A stretch of DNA of 64,000 nucleotides, from the NCBI GenBank assembly GCA_963666985.2, contig CAXXIA010000001.1, positions 288,001-352,000 on the forward strand. Reading direction: 5' to 3'. The stretch comes from Spirochaetia bacterium (GTDB taxonomy: Bacteria; Spirochaetota; Spirochaetia; DSM-2461). Shown piece after piece: positions 8,686 through 18,740 of the stretch (positions are counted from its first letter, which is position 1; each line of letters opens with the position of its first letter). The translations under genes were made by a program, and so were the position numbers. The notes below the pieces were generated by a model that saw only the letters and a program-made list of their open reading frames with translations, did no database searches and had not been told where the DNA came from.

Positions 8686-10408
8686 GGGGCTGTCTCATAA
8701 GAGGCGGCCCTTTTTCATGTCTGGAAGAATTCCCTTCTGAATTCAAGGGTGGTAGAATTCTTCATGGACACTAAAAAGAAGGCTACATTCAAAGATTACG
8801 AAATCAGCCAACAGATGCTCCTGCCTCCAAGTCTCGATGAACTGCTTCCCGCAAACCATATATCCCGCACAATCAACAACTTCATCGACACGATGGATAC
8901 CAGTGAGCTCTTCAACGCCTATCCGGGAGGCGGTGCCAGCAGCTACCACCCGGTGATGATGCTGAAGGTTCTGGTGTTGGCCTACTCGAAACAGCTGTAT
9001 TCCTGTCGTCAAATCGCAGACGCTCTTCGTGAGCAGATATGCTTCATGTGGATCAGTGGTAATAACCGTCCTGATTTCCACACGATAAACAGATTTCGTA
9101 ACGGTCCATTGAAGAAGAGCATCGAGAAAATCTTTGCCTCAATGGCCAACAGCCTCATCGAGAGCGGACATGTCCAGATGGAGAACTACTTTCTCGACGG
9201 CACAAAAATCGAATCAGCAGCTAACAAATACACATGGGTATGGGGCCGGGCGACAGACAAGTTCCAGAAGCGCCTGGCCGGCAATATGGATGAGCTTTTC
9301 GAATACATCGACCGCATCAATGAAGAAGAGGATGAGAAGTACGGCGACCATGACCTTCCCCATGTGGATCCTCAAGGCAGGCCGATGTCGGAGATTCTCG
9401 AAGATGCGGTATCCAAGCTCAATGAAGAGCTGCGCAAGGATCGGGAGGAGCGAGAAAAGAAGGAGATTCAACGGAGATTGAATACCGCTAGCAAGGACTA
9501 TCTCCCTCGTGCCAAAAAGTATGAGCAGCAGAAGAGAATCCTCGGCGACCGAAATAGTTACTCGAAAACAGACTATGATGCGACTTTCATGCGGATGAAA
9601 GAAGACTATATGAAAAATGGTCAGCTCAAGCCCGGGTACAACATCCAAATGGGTACTGAGAACCAGTTCATCCTCGGATATAGCATCCACCAGAGTCCCG
9701 GTGACTCCCTGACATTGCCGCTACATATGGAGAAACTGAAAAAGAATCTGAAACGCTATCCGAAAAGAATCATTGCTGATTCAGGATATGGTAGTGAAGA
9801 GAACTACCAGTGGTGTGAGGATCATGGTGTCGAGAAGTACATCAAGTTCAGCTACTTCCACAGGGAGCGGAAACGGAAGTTCAAGAAGCAGATTCATATG
9901 AAAGAGAACTGGGACTATCGTGCCTCTGATGATACATACCGGTGCCCCAAGGGTCGCCGATTCAAACACGAGGAGACCAGAATCTCGAAAACAGGTTCAG
10001 GATTTCCGACCACTGAAAAAAGGTATACAGGCCCTGGATGCCAAAGGTGTTCTCTCCGAATCCGGTGCTGCAAATACGGAGGCAAAGAGCGCATCCTGAC
10101 GGTTCGTCCAAACCTGGAACGGCATAAGTCTGAAGTGCGCAAGTTGCTGACTTCAGAGGAAGGACTGAGAATGCGCTCTCTCAGGCCGATTGAAGTCGAA
10201 TCTGTATTCGGAGATATCAAGACGAATATGGGATTTCGGAGATTCCGAACCAGGGGATTGAAGATGGTCAGTACTGAATGGGGACTGTTGAGTATGGCTC
10301 ATAACATGAGGAAGCTACAGAAACGATAAGGGGATGGGAGGGAACCTCCCGTCTTCGGAGGTCAACCAAATTTTAAAAGGGGCTGTCTCAAACTAATGAG
10401 ACAGCCCC
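8686..10408 (+). mobile_element. IS1182-family insertion sequence, copy 1 (1723 bp)
   Basis: Terminal IRs GGGGCTGTCTCA/TGAGACAGCCCC; boundaries set by comparison with the copy at 49010-50732. Confidence 0.93.
8764..10329 (+). CDS. IS1182-family DDE transposase
   Basis: GGGASSYHP, PDFHTINRFR, DGTKIES, DATFMRMKED, ADSGY, VESVFG. Confidence 0.95.
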   Translation: MDTKKKATFKDYEISQQMLLPPSLDELLPANHISRTINNFIDTMDTSELFNAYPGGGASSYHPVMMLKVLVLAYSKQLYSCRQIADALREQICFMWISGNNRPDFHTINRFRNGPLKKSIEKIFASMANSLIESGHVQMENYFLDGTKIESAANKYTWVWGRATDKFQKRLAGNMDELFEYIDRINEEEDEKYGDHDLPHVDPQGRPMSEILEDAVSKLNEELRKDREEREKKEIQRRLNTASKDYLPRAKKYEQQKRILGDRNSYSKTDYDATFMRMKEDYMKNGQLKPGYNIQMGTENQFILGYSIHQSPGDSLTLPLHMEKLKKNLKRYPKRIIADSGYGSEENYQWCEDHGVEKYIKFSYFHRERKRKFKKQIHMKENWDYRASDDTYRCPKGRRFKHEETRISKTGSGFPTTEKRYTGPGCQRCSLRIRCCKYGGKERILTVRPNLERHKSEVRKLLTSEEGLRMRSLRPIEVESVFGDIKTNMGFRRFRTRGLKMVSTEWGLLSMAHNMRKLQKR

Positions 10409-10921
10409 TTTTTTGTTCGGTTTTGTGAAACGGATAGGGGCATCCCAACACTTTCCAAAGCCATGGCAATCCCTATTTTTATCTCTTCCCATGAAATGTC
10501 GAATGCCTTATCCGTATCGACCCGATGGACAATTACAAGATTTTTCTCGGGAAAAATGATGAGGGCGTGGACGCCGAGTCCGGTATGATAATAACCGGGA
10601 CCAATGGGATTATCTGCCGGAATGATTCTCCAGAGATAACCGTAAGGATCTCCGTGCTGATCCGGGAGCGGTGTAACCGAGATGCTTTCCTGAATCCATT
10701 GAGCGGGAACAATGCGATTCCCATCCCATGTTCCTTTGTTCAGATAAAGCTGTCCGAATCGAGCCGGATCCAGGGTCGACATCCGAAAGGAATACGTTGG
10801 ATGCCGCGTTTTTTTCGGACTTTCTGATCTAAAACAGGCGGGAATTAAGAACACGATGGATGGAAGAAGAACAAAGAGGAGTGCGGTTGAAATTCTTTTT
10901 TCGATTTTTTCCCTTCTTCAT
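10393..10921 (-). pseudogene. Remnant of a beta-lactamase-like serine hydrolase lipoprotein
   Basis: C-terminal motifs MSTLDPARFGQLYLNKG.W, YGYLW, HTGLG present; no SxxK region; signal peptide out of frame with ATG 10921; stop lies inside the IS end. Confidence 0.75.
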
Positions 10922-10944
10922 ATGATTAACACCAGCGATATTCG

Positions 10945-12645
10945 ATGAAAGCTTCCCGTCCGTATATTATGGAATCGACGATGAAAGATGTCATTGGTAA
11001 AACGCCGTATCGGACCATACTCGCCGCAATCATAATTTTCTTCTATGTGTTTTTACATCTGCTCACTCTTTCCCGCCATCCTTTCGTTCATTCCGACGAG
11101 GCATGGCTGGCCGTGTTGACCAGAGCGATGATTGCGGAACGTTCTCCGGCCGCGACCGAGGAGGTTTTTCGTCTGACACCGCGTTATCCGCATGCTCTGA
11201 AGACACTCTATCATGTCTTGCAGATGCCTTTCTTGGCCGTTTCCTGGTCCGCTTTCGCCGCACGGCTGCCGTCTCTGACGGCCGGAATCGCCGCTTTGTT
11301 TTTTTTATCAAGAATTGCTCAAGAGTGTGGTCTGAGGGGGTGGAGGCGCTTCGTGCCGTCGGCTCTTATGTCCGTCGATCCGCAATTTTGGTACTCGGCG
11401 CATTTCGGCCGGCAGGAAATGATCCTTGTCGCCTTGTTTCTATGGGCATGGAGCCTGAAGGCCCGCAATAAATCGGCGGCACTTACAGCCCTGCCTCCGG
11501 CGGCCGGGATTTTCATTCATCCGAATATTTTTATTATCGCTCTGGCAATCGGGGCGCTGTACGCGGCGGATCTCCTAGGCTGTATCGGAAAGAAAAACGC
11601 TTGGAAGCGGCCGCTTACGAATCTCGCTGTTTTTTCCGGTATTCTTGCCGCCTCGGCCGCAGCCGCCCTCGGGGCGAGTGTTCTCATGGATTCCGGCTTT
11701 TTGAACCATTATACGGACTTCGGAGATCGTGTCGGAGCAGGCGATTCCATAGCAATGAAGATCTTGGGTTTGCCCAGGTTTCTCGGCAAAATGTGGAACC
11801 GCCGCGCGGGCACCTACTACCTGGCGGATGTACGTCCCATGTTTGTTCTCGGTTCGCTGGGATACTTAATAACCGCCGTTCGGGCGATTTTTCAGAAAAA
11901 AGGCCGCGGAAGACTTCTTCTCATTCCGTCTCTTCTTGTCGGAATTATTATTGTGGGAAAATATGCTCCGCCGACGGTCGTTTTCCTTATGCCGTCGCTC
12001 TATCTCGCACTCGGCGAGGCCTTTTTTGGTGAATGGAATGCGAAGGGACTTTATCGCCGCTATGGGAAAAGAATCACTCTCGCCGCGGCGGCTGTATCAT
12101 GGATCCTTCCGGCCGTGATTTCCTTCTCTGAAGTCCGAGAATCGCTGATGAAGCCGAGTTACACCGAATATGTCCGATTTCTTCAGGAATCCGTAGGTCC
12201 TCTGAACGGGGATGAGCGGATTCTTGTTAATTTGAATGCCGCCTTCGCTTTCGGGTACGACACGCTGGTAATTTGGAGGGATTTGACGCCTTTGAGCGGG
12301 AATCATGCCAATGAAGGCCGTGATGGAGAAACAAAGGCCGCTTGGATTGGGAACAATACCGCAGAAAGCCTTACCACCGGCATGTATGGGGATTTGGAAA
12401 CTTTTTTGGATAACCAATGCGTCTCTTGGATTGTTCTCCCGGACGAATTGAACTACATCTACGAACGGCGTCCCGTATGGAACGCTCTTTACGGAACTCC
12501 CGGATGGTATCCTCCGCTGATGGAAATACTGGAACGGCGGGGCGAGGAGATTTCACGGGGGTTTTTCCCGAATTATGCGATGAGGATTGTGCCTCTTATG
12601 AAATCAAATAATTGGAGTGTCGGTGTCTATCGGCTAAAGCAGTAG
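10945..12645 (+). CDS. GT-C fold (ArnT/PMT-like) membrane glycosyltransferase; start may be 10969 or 10981
   Basis: PFVHSDE after first TM helix, AARLPS, FGRQEM, HPN; many TM helices. Confidence 0.75.
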   Translation: MKASRPYIMESTMKDVIGKTPYRTILAAIIIFFYVFLHLLTLSRHPFVHSDEAWLAVLTRAMIAERSPAATEEVFRLTPRYPHALKTLYHVLQMPFLAVSWSAFAARLPSLTAGIAALFFLSRIAQECGLRGWRRFVPSALMSVDPQFWYSAHFGRQEMILVALFLWAWSLKARNKSAALTALPPAAGIFIHPNIFIIALAIGALYAADLLGCIGKKNAWKRPLTNLAVFSGILAASAAAALGASVLMDSGFLNHYTDFGDRVGAGDSIAMKILGLPRFLGKMWNRRAGTYYLADVRPMFVLGSLGYLITAVRAIFQKKGRGRLLLIPSLLVGIIIVGKYAPPTVVFLMPSLYLALGEAFFGEWNAKGLYRRYGKRITLAAAAVSWILPAVISFSEVRESLMKPSYTEYVRFLQESVGPLNGDERILVNLNAAFAFGYDTLVIWRDLTPLSGNHANEGRDGETKAAWIGNNTAESLTTGMYGDLETFLDNQCVSWIVLPDELNYIYERRPVWNALYGTPGWYPPLMEILERRGEEISRGFFPNYAMRIVPLMKSNNWSVGVYRLKQ

Positions 12646-13359
12646 TTCATAACGCCGCCGCATACGGATCATTTCCCGGAAGAAATCCGGACTTTCGGAA
12701 TCCCTTTCCGGGCCCAGCGGATTTTTCTCGGGAGGACTCAGCTCTCCTTTTGCGTTCATGTAGACGATACGGTCGGCCAGCACCAGCGCTTCGCCGACAT
12801 CATGAGTCACTAATAATATGGTAAGATCCCTGCCGCTTCGTATTTCCGCGAGAACCCGGTGGAGTCTGCTCCTAATCTCGGCATCCAGAGCGGCGAAAGG
12901 CTCGTCCAGTAGAAGATATCGCGGATTCGCCGCCAGAGCCCGGGCCAGTACGGCCCTTTGGCGCATTCCCCCGGAAAGCTGGACGGGATATAAAGAACCC
13001 GCGTTCGGAAGTCCTACAAGCGACAACAGAAAATCTGCGTCGGCTCCCTCCGATCCGGCCGCGCCCATACGGCGGGGAAAGTCGATGTTGTCCGCAACGT
13101 TGAGCCAGGGAAGAAGCTGATTATCATCCTGCAGAATAAGCTGTCTGTCGGCGGAAGGAGAATAAACCTCGGCTCCGTCGATGAGAATCCGTCCCTGTTC
13201 CGGCGTATCGAGTGAGGCCGCGCATCGAAGAAGGGTGGATTTTCCGCAGCCCGAAGGGCCGAGCAGGCAAGTCAGCGAGCCCGGCTCCACCGTCAAGTTG
13301 AGGCCGGAGAATACGGGCGGTTTCTCCGGCCAGCATCGGGTAAGACCTTCTAATATCAT
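12634..13359 (-). CDS. ABC transporter ATP-binding protein (SsuB/TauB-like)
   Basis: GPSGCGKS, LSGGMRQR, LLLDEPF, VTHD; ATG 13359 overlaps permease stop (ATGA). Confidence 0.93.
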   Translation of the reverse strand: MILEGLTRCWPEKPPVFSGLNLTVEPGSLTCLLGPSGCGKSTLLRCAASLDTPEQGRILIDGAEVYSPSADRQLILQDDNQLLPWLNVADNIDFPRRMGAAGSEGADADFLLSLVGLPNAGSLYPVQLSGGMRQRAVLARALAANPRYLLLDEPFAALDAEIRSRLHRVLAEIRSGRDLTILLVTHDVGEALVLADRIVYMNAKGELSPPEKNPLGPERDSESPDFFREMIRMRRRYELLL

Positions 13360-14180
13360 GGAACGATTTCTCCCCATTTTTTTCGTACGCGGGTTTCCCA
13401 TCGTCCCAGTAGAAAATCTTCCATGGCCATGCCCGTGAGCATCACCGTGATTAATGCGGCATAGAGGGCGGGACTGTCCATCATGACGCGGCTTTCGAAA
13501 AGCTGCCATCCGAGGCCTCCCATGGTTCCCACCGCGCCGAAAACCATCTCCGCGGCGATAAAGGCCCTCCAGGCGCGGGCCCAGCCGATGCGTATGCCGG
13601 AAATCAGATGCGGGAAAGCTCCCGGCAGGGAAATATGAACGAACGTCTTCCACCGGCCGAGGGAGAGATTCCGTGCGTAAAGCGTCCATGCGGGAACCAA
13701 GGACCTCATCCCGGATTCCAGATTCACGAAGATGGGCCAAAGAACGGCATGAACAATAATAAAAAGAACCGCGTTGGTGCCGGTACCGAACCAGAGAATT
13801 ACCAGCGGCATAAGCGCCAGTCCGGGCAGGGGATGCATCAGGGAAGAGAACACCGAAAGGATGGACGCGGCCGTTTTGTTGGAACGGGAAAGAAGAACAA
13901 GAGCTAAAGCGCCTGCTAATCCGAAGAGAAGACCGGCCGATACGACGGCCAGTGATAAGAGCCAGCGAATCGGCAGTTCTCCGGAAACCGTATCGTTCCG
14001 GAAGGCCAGGAAAATATCCGATGAGGACGGCATGAGCAGGGGATTCGGCTTTATGATGAACCGGATTATTTCCCACAGAACGGGCAGGGCGAGAAGCCAG
14101 AGCCATCGGCGAGAGGCTGAAAATCGGGAACGGAAAACCGTGTGACGGGGCTTGCAGAGATTTTTTTCCGATTGCTCCAT
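13356..14180 (-). CDS. ABC transporter permease (SsuC/TauC-like)
   Basis: PLPGLALMPL..LWFG, AWRAFIAAEM. Confidence 0.92.
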   Translation of the reverse strand: MEQSEKNLCKPRHTVFRSRFSASRRWLWLLALPVLWEIIRFIIKPNPLLMPSSSDIFLAFRNDTVSGELPIRWLLSLAVVSAGLLFGLAGALALVLLSRSNKTAASILSVFSSLMHPLPGLALMPLVILWFGTGTNAVLFIIVHAVLWPIFVNLESGMRSLVPAWTLYARNLSLGRWKTFVHISLPGAFPHLISGIRIGWARAWRAFIAAEMVFGAVGTMGGLGWQLFESRVMMDSPALYAALITVMLTGMAMEDFLLGRWETRVRKKWGEIVP

Positions 14181-14204
14181 AACGTTCGCTGGAAACCCCT
14201 TATT

Positions 14205-15320
14205 CTATGGCGTTACGAGAACACTGTCGTCCAAATGGGTTTTGAGATATCCCTCGGCATACATGAAGTCTCGAAACCTCTCCATACCGTATATCTGTTC
14301 TCCGTATTTCAAAATACCGGAGTGAAAAATATCGGAGAGTTCGCCGGGTTCCATTGCGTATTGCTCGGCCAGGAACTCCGCCGCTTTTTCCGGATTCTCT
14401 CCAATCCATTCGGAGGCACGGGCCAGTGCGCGGCGAATCCCTTTCACCGTTTCCGGATAATCCCGAATCAATTCATCCGTGAGGACGGCGATGATAAAAG
14501 TGAATTCTCCGCCGAAGGCTTCTTCTCCGTCCAGAATGAGATGGGCTTTCCCCGAATCCAATTCTTTACGGAGGTAAGGCGGCGATGTGAAATGAGCTTC
14601 CACTTCAGTTCCCGATAGGAGAGCACTCATACCATCCGGATGCTTAAGGGTAATAAGCTGATTATCGAAACGTCCGGCGTCGCCGAAATTCCTTTCGGCC
14701 GCCATCGCCAAGAGAATGTGCTGAATACTGCCGGGCTGCGGCAATGCGATCCTCATATCCGGAGGAATATCCTCCAGGGTAAGGATGCCGGGACGTACGG
14801 CGGCTAGGCCGAGCTCGGCTTCGGCCACGGCCGAAATCGCCGTCCAATTCATTCCTTTGTCTTTACCGATGAGATACGGAGGGATTCCCATGAATCCGCC
14901 GTCCATTCTTCCCGCCAGGATCGCTTCCCTGACGGTTGCCGCATTTCCCGCCTTTTCCCATTCGATTCGGATTCCGGGAAGTTCTTCTTCGAACCAGCCC
15001 ATCCGCCGAGCGACATTCACGGGTGCGTATGCCAGACCGTATTGTTCGGCCAGAATGAGTTTTTCAGGGACGGTGCTGCCGGTCTCATGATTCTTGGGCT
15101 CGCGAGGAGAACAGGAGAGGAACAGAAAAGAGGCAAAAACGCCGAAAACAATGACTGTGAATGGAAGGGAAAAACGTTTGAAGTTATGGGCACATTCGTC
15201 GTTTTTTCTCCATATGGATTTTTCAGCCGATGTTTTTAACGTCGTCTTACGGCGGTCGGCCGTGTGTGTTTTTAAATGATCGCATCGTTCATTCGGCGCG
15301 CACGGAAGTTGAGCTTTCAC
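14205..15320 (-). CDS. ABC substrate-binding lipoprotein (SsuA/TauA/NMT1-like); true start probably downstream of 15320
   Basis: Lipobox FLFLSC; QYGLAYAP, GSIQH, HPDG. Confidence 0.88.
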   Translation of the reverse strand: MKAQLPCAPNERCDHLKTHTADRRKTTLKTSAEKSIWRKNDECAHNFKRFSLPFTVIVFGVFASFLFLSCSPREPKNHETGSTVPEKLILAEQYGLAYAPVNVARRMGWFEEELPGIRIEWEKAGNAATVREAILAGRMDGGFMGIPPYLIGKDKGMNWTAISAVAEAELGLAAVRPGILTLEDIPPDMRIALPQPGSIQHILLAMAAERNFGDAGRFDNQLITLKHPDGMSALLSGTEVEAHFTSPPYLRKELDSGKAHLILDGEEAFGGEFTFIIAVLTDELIRDYPETVKGIRRALARASEWIGENPEKAAEFLAEQYAMEPGELSDIFHSGILKYGEQIYGMERFRDFMYAEGYLKTHLDDSVLVTP

Positions 15321-15361
15321 AGTGTTTTGGAACTCCTCGGCCCGCAGACGGTACGGGTCTT

Positions 15362-16621
15362 TTATTTGGGGTTCAGAGTATAGCTAAGCGTGTTTCTTAG
15401 CAAGTTTTCACCATTCGGATTCAAAACCTTCATGCGCCGTATCGCTTTTTTTAAGGTACGGTTCACGGCCGCCGTGTTTGGGCCGTGTACAACCATGTAT
15501 GCGGCCCTCTGCACGGAATTCTTAACGGTGCCGACAACCGATCCTATCGGCAGGAGATAATCGAAAGCGCTGACTCCGGGGAGTCCTCGGACGGTATGTT
15601 TCGAACCGAGAGAGGCAATGGCTCCCGTTCCGCAGAACATCAGCGGAACGGCAAAGGCAAAGGAGTTGACGGGAACGGCGAAAGCGGGATTATCGGGATC
15701 GGCGGAACCGTTCGCCGCTCCGTCGATAAGAATATCGAGAAGATCGACTCCGCAGATCGGCGGCAGCGATTCATCTTCGAATGCCCCGCCCAAACGAGCC
15801 GCCGTCTCGTTGACGAGAATCCCCTCGTTTGTTACTAAAAATTGATAATAAATCGGTCCTTCTTCTACACCCAGGGCCGCGGTGCACGATTCAACGAGAT
15901 GTTTTGTTTCTTCCCTCCGGCCGGATGCATAAGCGGAAGGGTAGCGATGCGCCATGCAGATTCCTATATGCGCATGGAAGTCTTTCGTAACTCTGTCCGT
16001 TACCGACCAAATCCGCACACTGCCGCGGTGAACCCAGCCGGAGACGGTTATTTCTCGATTCGAATGATATTCTTCCACAATAATTCTTTTCCGCAGCGAC
16101 CATTCCAGAGCTTCATCCCGCGCGGCCGTAAAGCATTCGGCCGAATCAACGCGGAGAACACCGCGCTGTCCCTGACTGTCTACCGGTTTAACCACGTAAG
16201 GCGGCTTTAATCCTCGGAGAATTTCGATTCCGTCGTTCGAAGAGGCGAACCGAAAGCGAGGAACCGGCAAGCCGGCTGAAGCCAGCGCCGTTTTCATAAC
16301 CTCTTTGTCGGTGACCGTCCGGGCGGTTGTTTCGGAAAGGAAAAACGGACATCCCCGAGCCGATGCCGCCTTGGCCGCGGTCAGTACGGGCTGATCCGTT
16401 CCTGCCGTAAGAACAGTATCTACCCGATATCGTACGGCGGCATCGGCCGCCGCCGATGCATTTCGGGTATCGGCGGCGATGAACTCATCGGCATAAGGCG
16501 CGGCCGCGCAGAGAGGATTTCTATCCTGCAGAACGACTTTAATGCCCCGCTCCTTCATGCGCCGGATTAATCGAAGCTGTCCGCGGCCTCCTCCGATGAC
16601 CAAGTAAACGGAATTTTTCAT
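15362..16621 (-). CDS. ATP-grasp (carboxylate-amine ligase-like) protein
   Basis: IGGGRGQL, TDKEVMK, VVKPVDSQGQRG, IVEEY, NETAARLGG; ATGA overlap with GT2. Confidence 0.88.
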   Translation of the reverse strand: MKNSVYLVIGGGRGQLRLIRRMKERGIKVVLQDRNPLCAAAPYADEFIAADTRNASAAADAAVRYRVDTVLTAGTDQPVLTAAKAASARGCPFFLSETTARTVTDKEVMKTALASAGLPVPRFRFASSNDGIEILRGLKPPYVVKPVDSQGQRGVLRVDSAECFTAARDEALEWSLRKRIIVEEYHSNREITVSGWVHRGSVRIWSVTDRVTKDFHAHIGICMAHRYPSAYASGRREETKHLVESCTAALGVEEGPIYYQFLVTNEGILVNETAARLGGAFEDESLPPICGVDLLDILIDGAANGSADPDNPAFAVPVNSFAFAVPLMFCGTGAIASLGSKHTVRGLPGVSAFDYLLPIGSVVGTVKNSVQRAAYMVVHGPNTAAVNRTLKKAIRRMKVLNPNGENLLRNTLSYTLNPK

Positions 16622-17442
16622 GGCGTTTCCTCGGCAATCAGATCGGCGGCGATGTCGCCGGCCGTCCTTTGATGCTTCAAAAAGCGGCGGATCATTCTGG
16701 GAATCGGACCGTAATACCACGCAAGAGAAAGTTCCAGACCCATGAGAACGCCGAGATTGAATCGTCCTTTATCACCGTATTCCCAAGCGGGTGTCGGCAT
16801 CATTTCCACCTTGGGAGCGGGCCTTAAAGAGAGGATTTGAGCCGAGAGGTAAGGAAAGGGCATTGGAGCATCAAGCAAACGATTCACCAGTTCTCCGGAG
16901 ATGGCGCGATAACTTCCCACTCGGATCGATTTCGGCGAACCGGTCAGCAAAGACATATGGAGTTGATGAAGAGCCGAGGCCGCCCTCCGAATCCCTCGTC
17001 CGGGTCTTTTCGAAGGAAGCGCATAGACCGCGCCGCAGCCGCCGTCCAATGCCTTCAGCAAATCCGGAACGGCCTTAGGCGGATGCGATAAATCGTCGTC
17101 CATGGTGATCACGGAGCGGTTCCCGCAGCGCGTCAGACCGGCAATGAGCGCCGTTTGCTGCCCCCCTCCGCGATGAAGTTTTATCCCTCGGACCGGTATC
17201 GCGTTCCTTCTTTCTTCACGGCTCATTTGAAGAATCGTTTCCCAGGTTTTATCCGTGCTTCCATCGTCGACAAAAAGCAATTCTCCCCGGCCGAATCTCT
17301 CGGTAATATCGAAAAAAACCTCGTTCAGCCGGTTCCGAAGCATATGAAGTCCGTCATTGCCGTTCCTGACCGGCACCAAAACGACATACCCCTTATTGAA
17401 ATCGCTCTTTCGGAGAGCGGGATTTTCCTTTGTGCCGTTCAT
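16618..17442 (-). CDS. GT2 glycosyltransferase (ArnC/GtrB/DPM1-like)
   Basis: VLVPVRN, FVDDGSTD, GQQTALIAG, TMDDDLSHPP; TGATG overlap. Confidence 0.88.
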   Translation of the reverse strand: MNGTKENPALRKSDFNKGYVVLVPVRNGNDGLHMLRNRLNEVFFDITERFGRGELLFVDDGSTDKTWETILQMSREERRNAIPVRGIKLHRGGGQQTALIAGLTRCGNRSVITMDDDLSHPPKAVPDLLKALDGGCGAVYALPSKRPGRGIRRAASALHQLHMSLLTGSPKSIRVGSYRAISGELVNRLLDAPMPFPYLSAQILSLRPAPKVEMMPTPAWEYGDKGRFNLGVLMGLELSLAWYYGPIPRMIRRFLKHQRTAGDIAADLIAEETP

Positions 17443-17795
17443 CAGAAGCCCCAGACCGCGATTCCCGCGCAGCATAGAAGAGCCCCCAGCAGTATTCGTC
17501 CGCCGGGACGTTCCCCGAGAAACAGACGTCCTCCGATTTGTACGAAAACACCGGTGAGGGCCGTTACCGCATAAGCCCGCGAAAGCGGGACCGTCTTGAG
17601 TACGTGCCAGTAAATAAACGGTACGCCGAGAACCAGCAGGAGTGCCCAGGGAGCCGGTCCTTTGAAAAAACTCTTGAGAAAGCGGACGAATCCGGCATCC
17701 GTAATCCAAACCGCCGCGCCCTTGCGAAGGAGAATCTGCCCCGCCGCACTGGCAATCACCACAATCAGCAGGAGAAAGAACTCTCCGGTATTCAC
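17442..17795 (-). CDS. SMR/EamA small membrane protein (ArnE-like flippase subunit)
   Basis: 4 TM helices; GQILLRKG, PLSRAY, LFLGE; GTG start overlapping upstream stop. Confidence 0.8.
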   Translation of the reverse strand: MNTGEFFLLLIVVIASAAGQILLRKGAAVWITDAGFVRFLKSFFKGPAPWALLLVLGVPFIYWHVLKTVPLSRAYAVTALTGVFVQIGGRLFLGERPGGRILLGALLCCAGIAVWGF

Positions 17796-18196
17796 TCCCG
17801 CCGTCCTTTGTCGGCAATAAGCACCGAACCGGTTGCGATGAGCACCGTTCCGATCAGTTTGCCCGGAGTCATCGATTCCCCGAAGAACAGCATTCCGGAA
17901 ACCAGCACCAGGGGATAAGCCAGGGACAGGAAGGGGTATACCCGGCTGACGGGCCGCCGGCGCAGAAGAAGAGCCCATACGGCTCCGCGGAGAAGGAAAA
18001 GGAAATAAGCGGCCGCGAGAAATCCGTTTAATCCGAACACCCATCGGGACGGGGCTTCGGCGCCGGCTTTCATCAAGGATTGGCTGACAACGATGATGAG
18101 AAGAACGAAAAGAACGGCGGCGGTATCGATACGGCGGATTCTGCGCGGCGAATATGACACGAAATTCAGAATATCCGCCGCTTCTAAGATGAGCAA
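17792..18196 (-). CDS. SMR/EamA small membrane protein (ArnF-like flippase subunit); start uncertain
   Basis: SQSLMK, PVSRVYPFLSLAY, FFGE..T..KLIG. Confidence 0.8.
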   Translation of the reverse strand: MLILEAADILNFVSYSPRRIRRIDTAAVLFVLLIIVVSQSLMKAGAEAPSRWVFGLNGFLAAAYFLFLLRGAVWALLLRRRPVSRVYPFLSLAYPLVLVSGMLFFGESMTPGKLIGTVLIATGSVLIADKGRRE

Positions 18197-18266
18197 GCCG
18201 AACCGATCGTATCCTTCGGCGTCCGTGAAGAATCGCCGCGCGGACTCTTCGGGCGGATGTGTTCGG

Positions 18267-18635
18267 CTATGAAGATTTTAAACCGAGGAGAATCCGTTTC
18301 ACGATGAAGAAGATCAGGAGAATCCAAACGGCGACGATGACGGGAACGAAGAACCATTTTTTCCGAAGAATCGGCCGTTCGGTTTCCGATGCTGTTCGTG
18401 CTTCCCGAAGAATATCGTCCGGAATGGATTTGAGTGTCAGGAAAATGAGAACCGGAAGAATCACAAGGTCGTCAAGAAGCCCCAGAACAGGAATGAAGTC
18501 CGGAATAAGGTCGATGGGAGAAAGTGCGTAAGCAAGAGTAAGAAAGGCCAGGATTTTCGGCGGAATCCCGAGTTTAGGATGCCGAAAGGCTATGGAAATC
18601 ATAAGGATGTTCCGTTTGATTCCCTTAGCCTTCAT
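18267..18635 (-). CDS. YkvA/DUF1232 family membrane protein
   Basis: YALSPIDLIPDFIPVLGLLDD. Confidence 0.92.
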   Translation of the reverse strand: MKAKGIKRNILMISIAFRHPKLGIPPKILAFLTLAYALSPIDLIPDFIPVLGLLDDLVILPVLIFLTLKSIPDDILREARTASETERPILRKKWFFVPVIVAVWILLIFFIVKRILLGLKSS

Positions 18636-18740
18636 GCGAATCCAACTCTTGATTCGCGTAAAGTGTTCTTTCTTCGTTTTATCGTTCAGCGATTGAGCCC
18701 TCTTTCGCTTCGTTGTTCGATGGGTGCGGCGTTTCGCCGT

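Noticed and set aside
13360..14106. Long N-terminal extension of the ABC ATPase ORF
   Set aside because: Overlaps the permease in another frame; the ATG at 13359 fits translational coupling
17443..18044. N-terminal extensions of the GT2 and EamA ORFs
   Set aside because: They overlap upstream genes; coupled starts exist at 17442 and 17795
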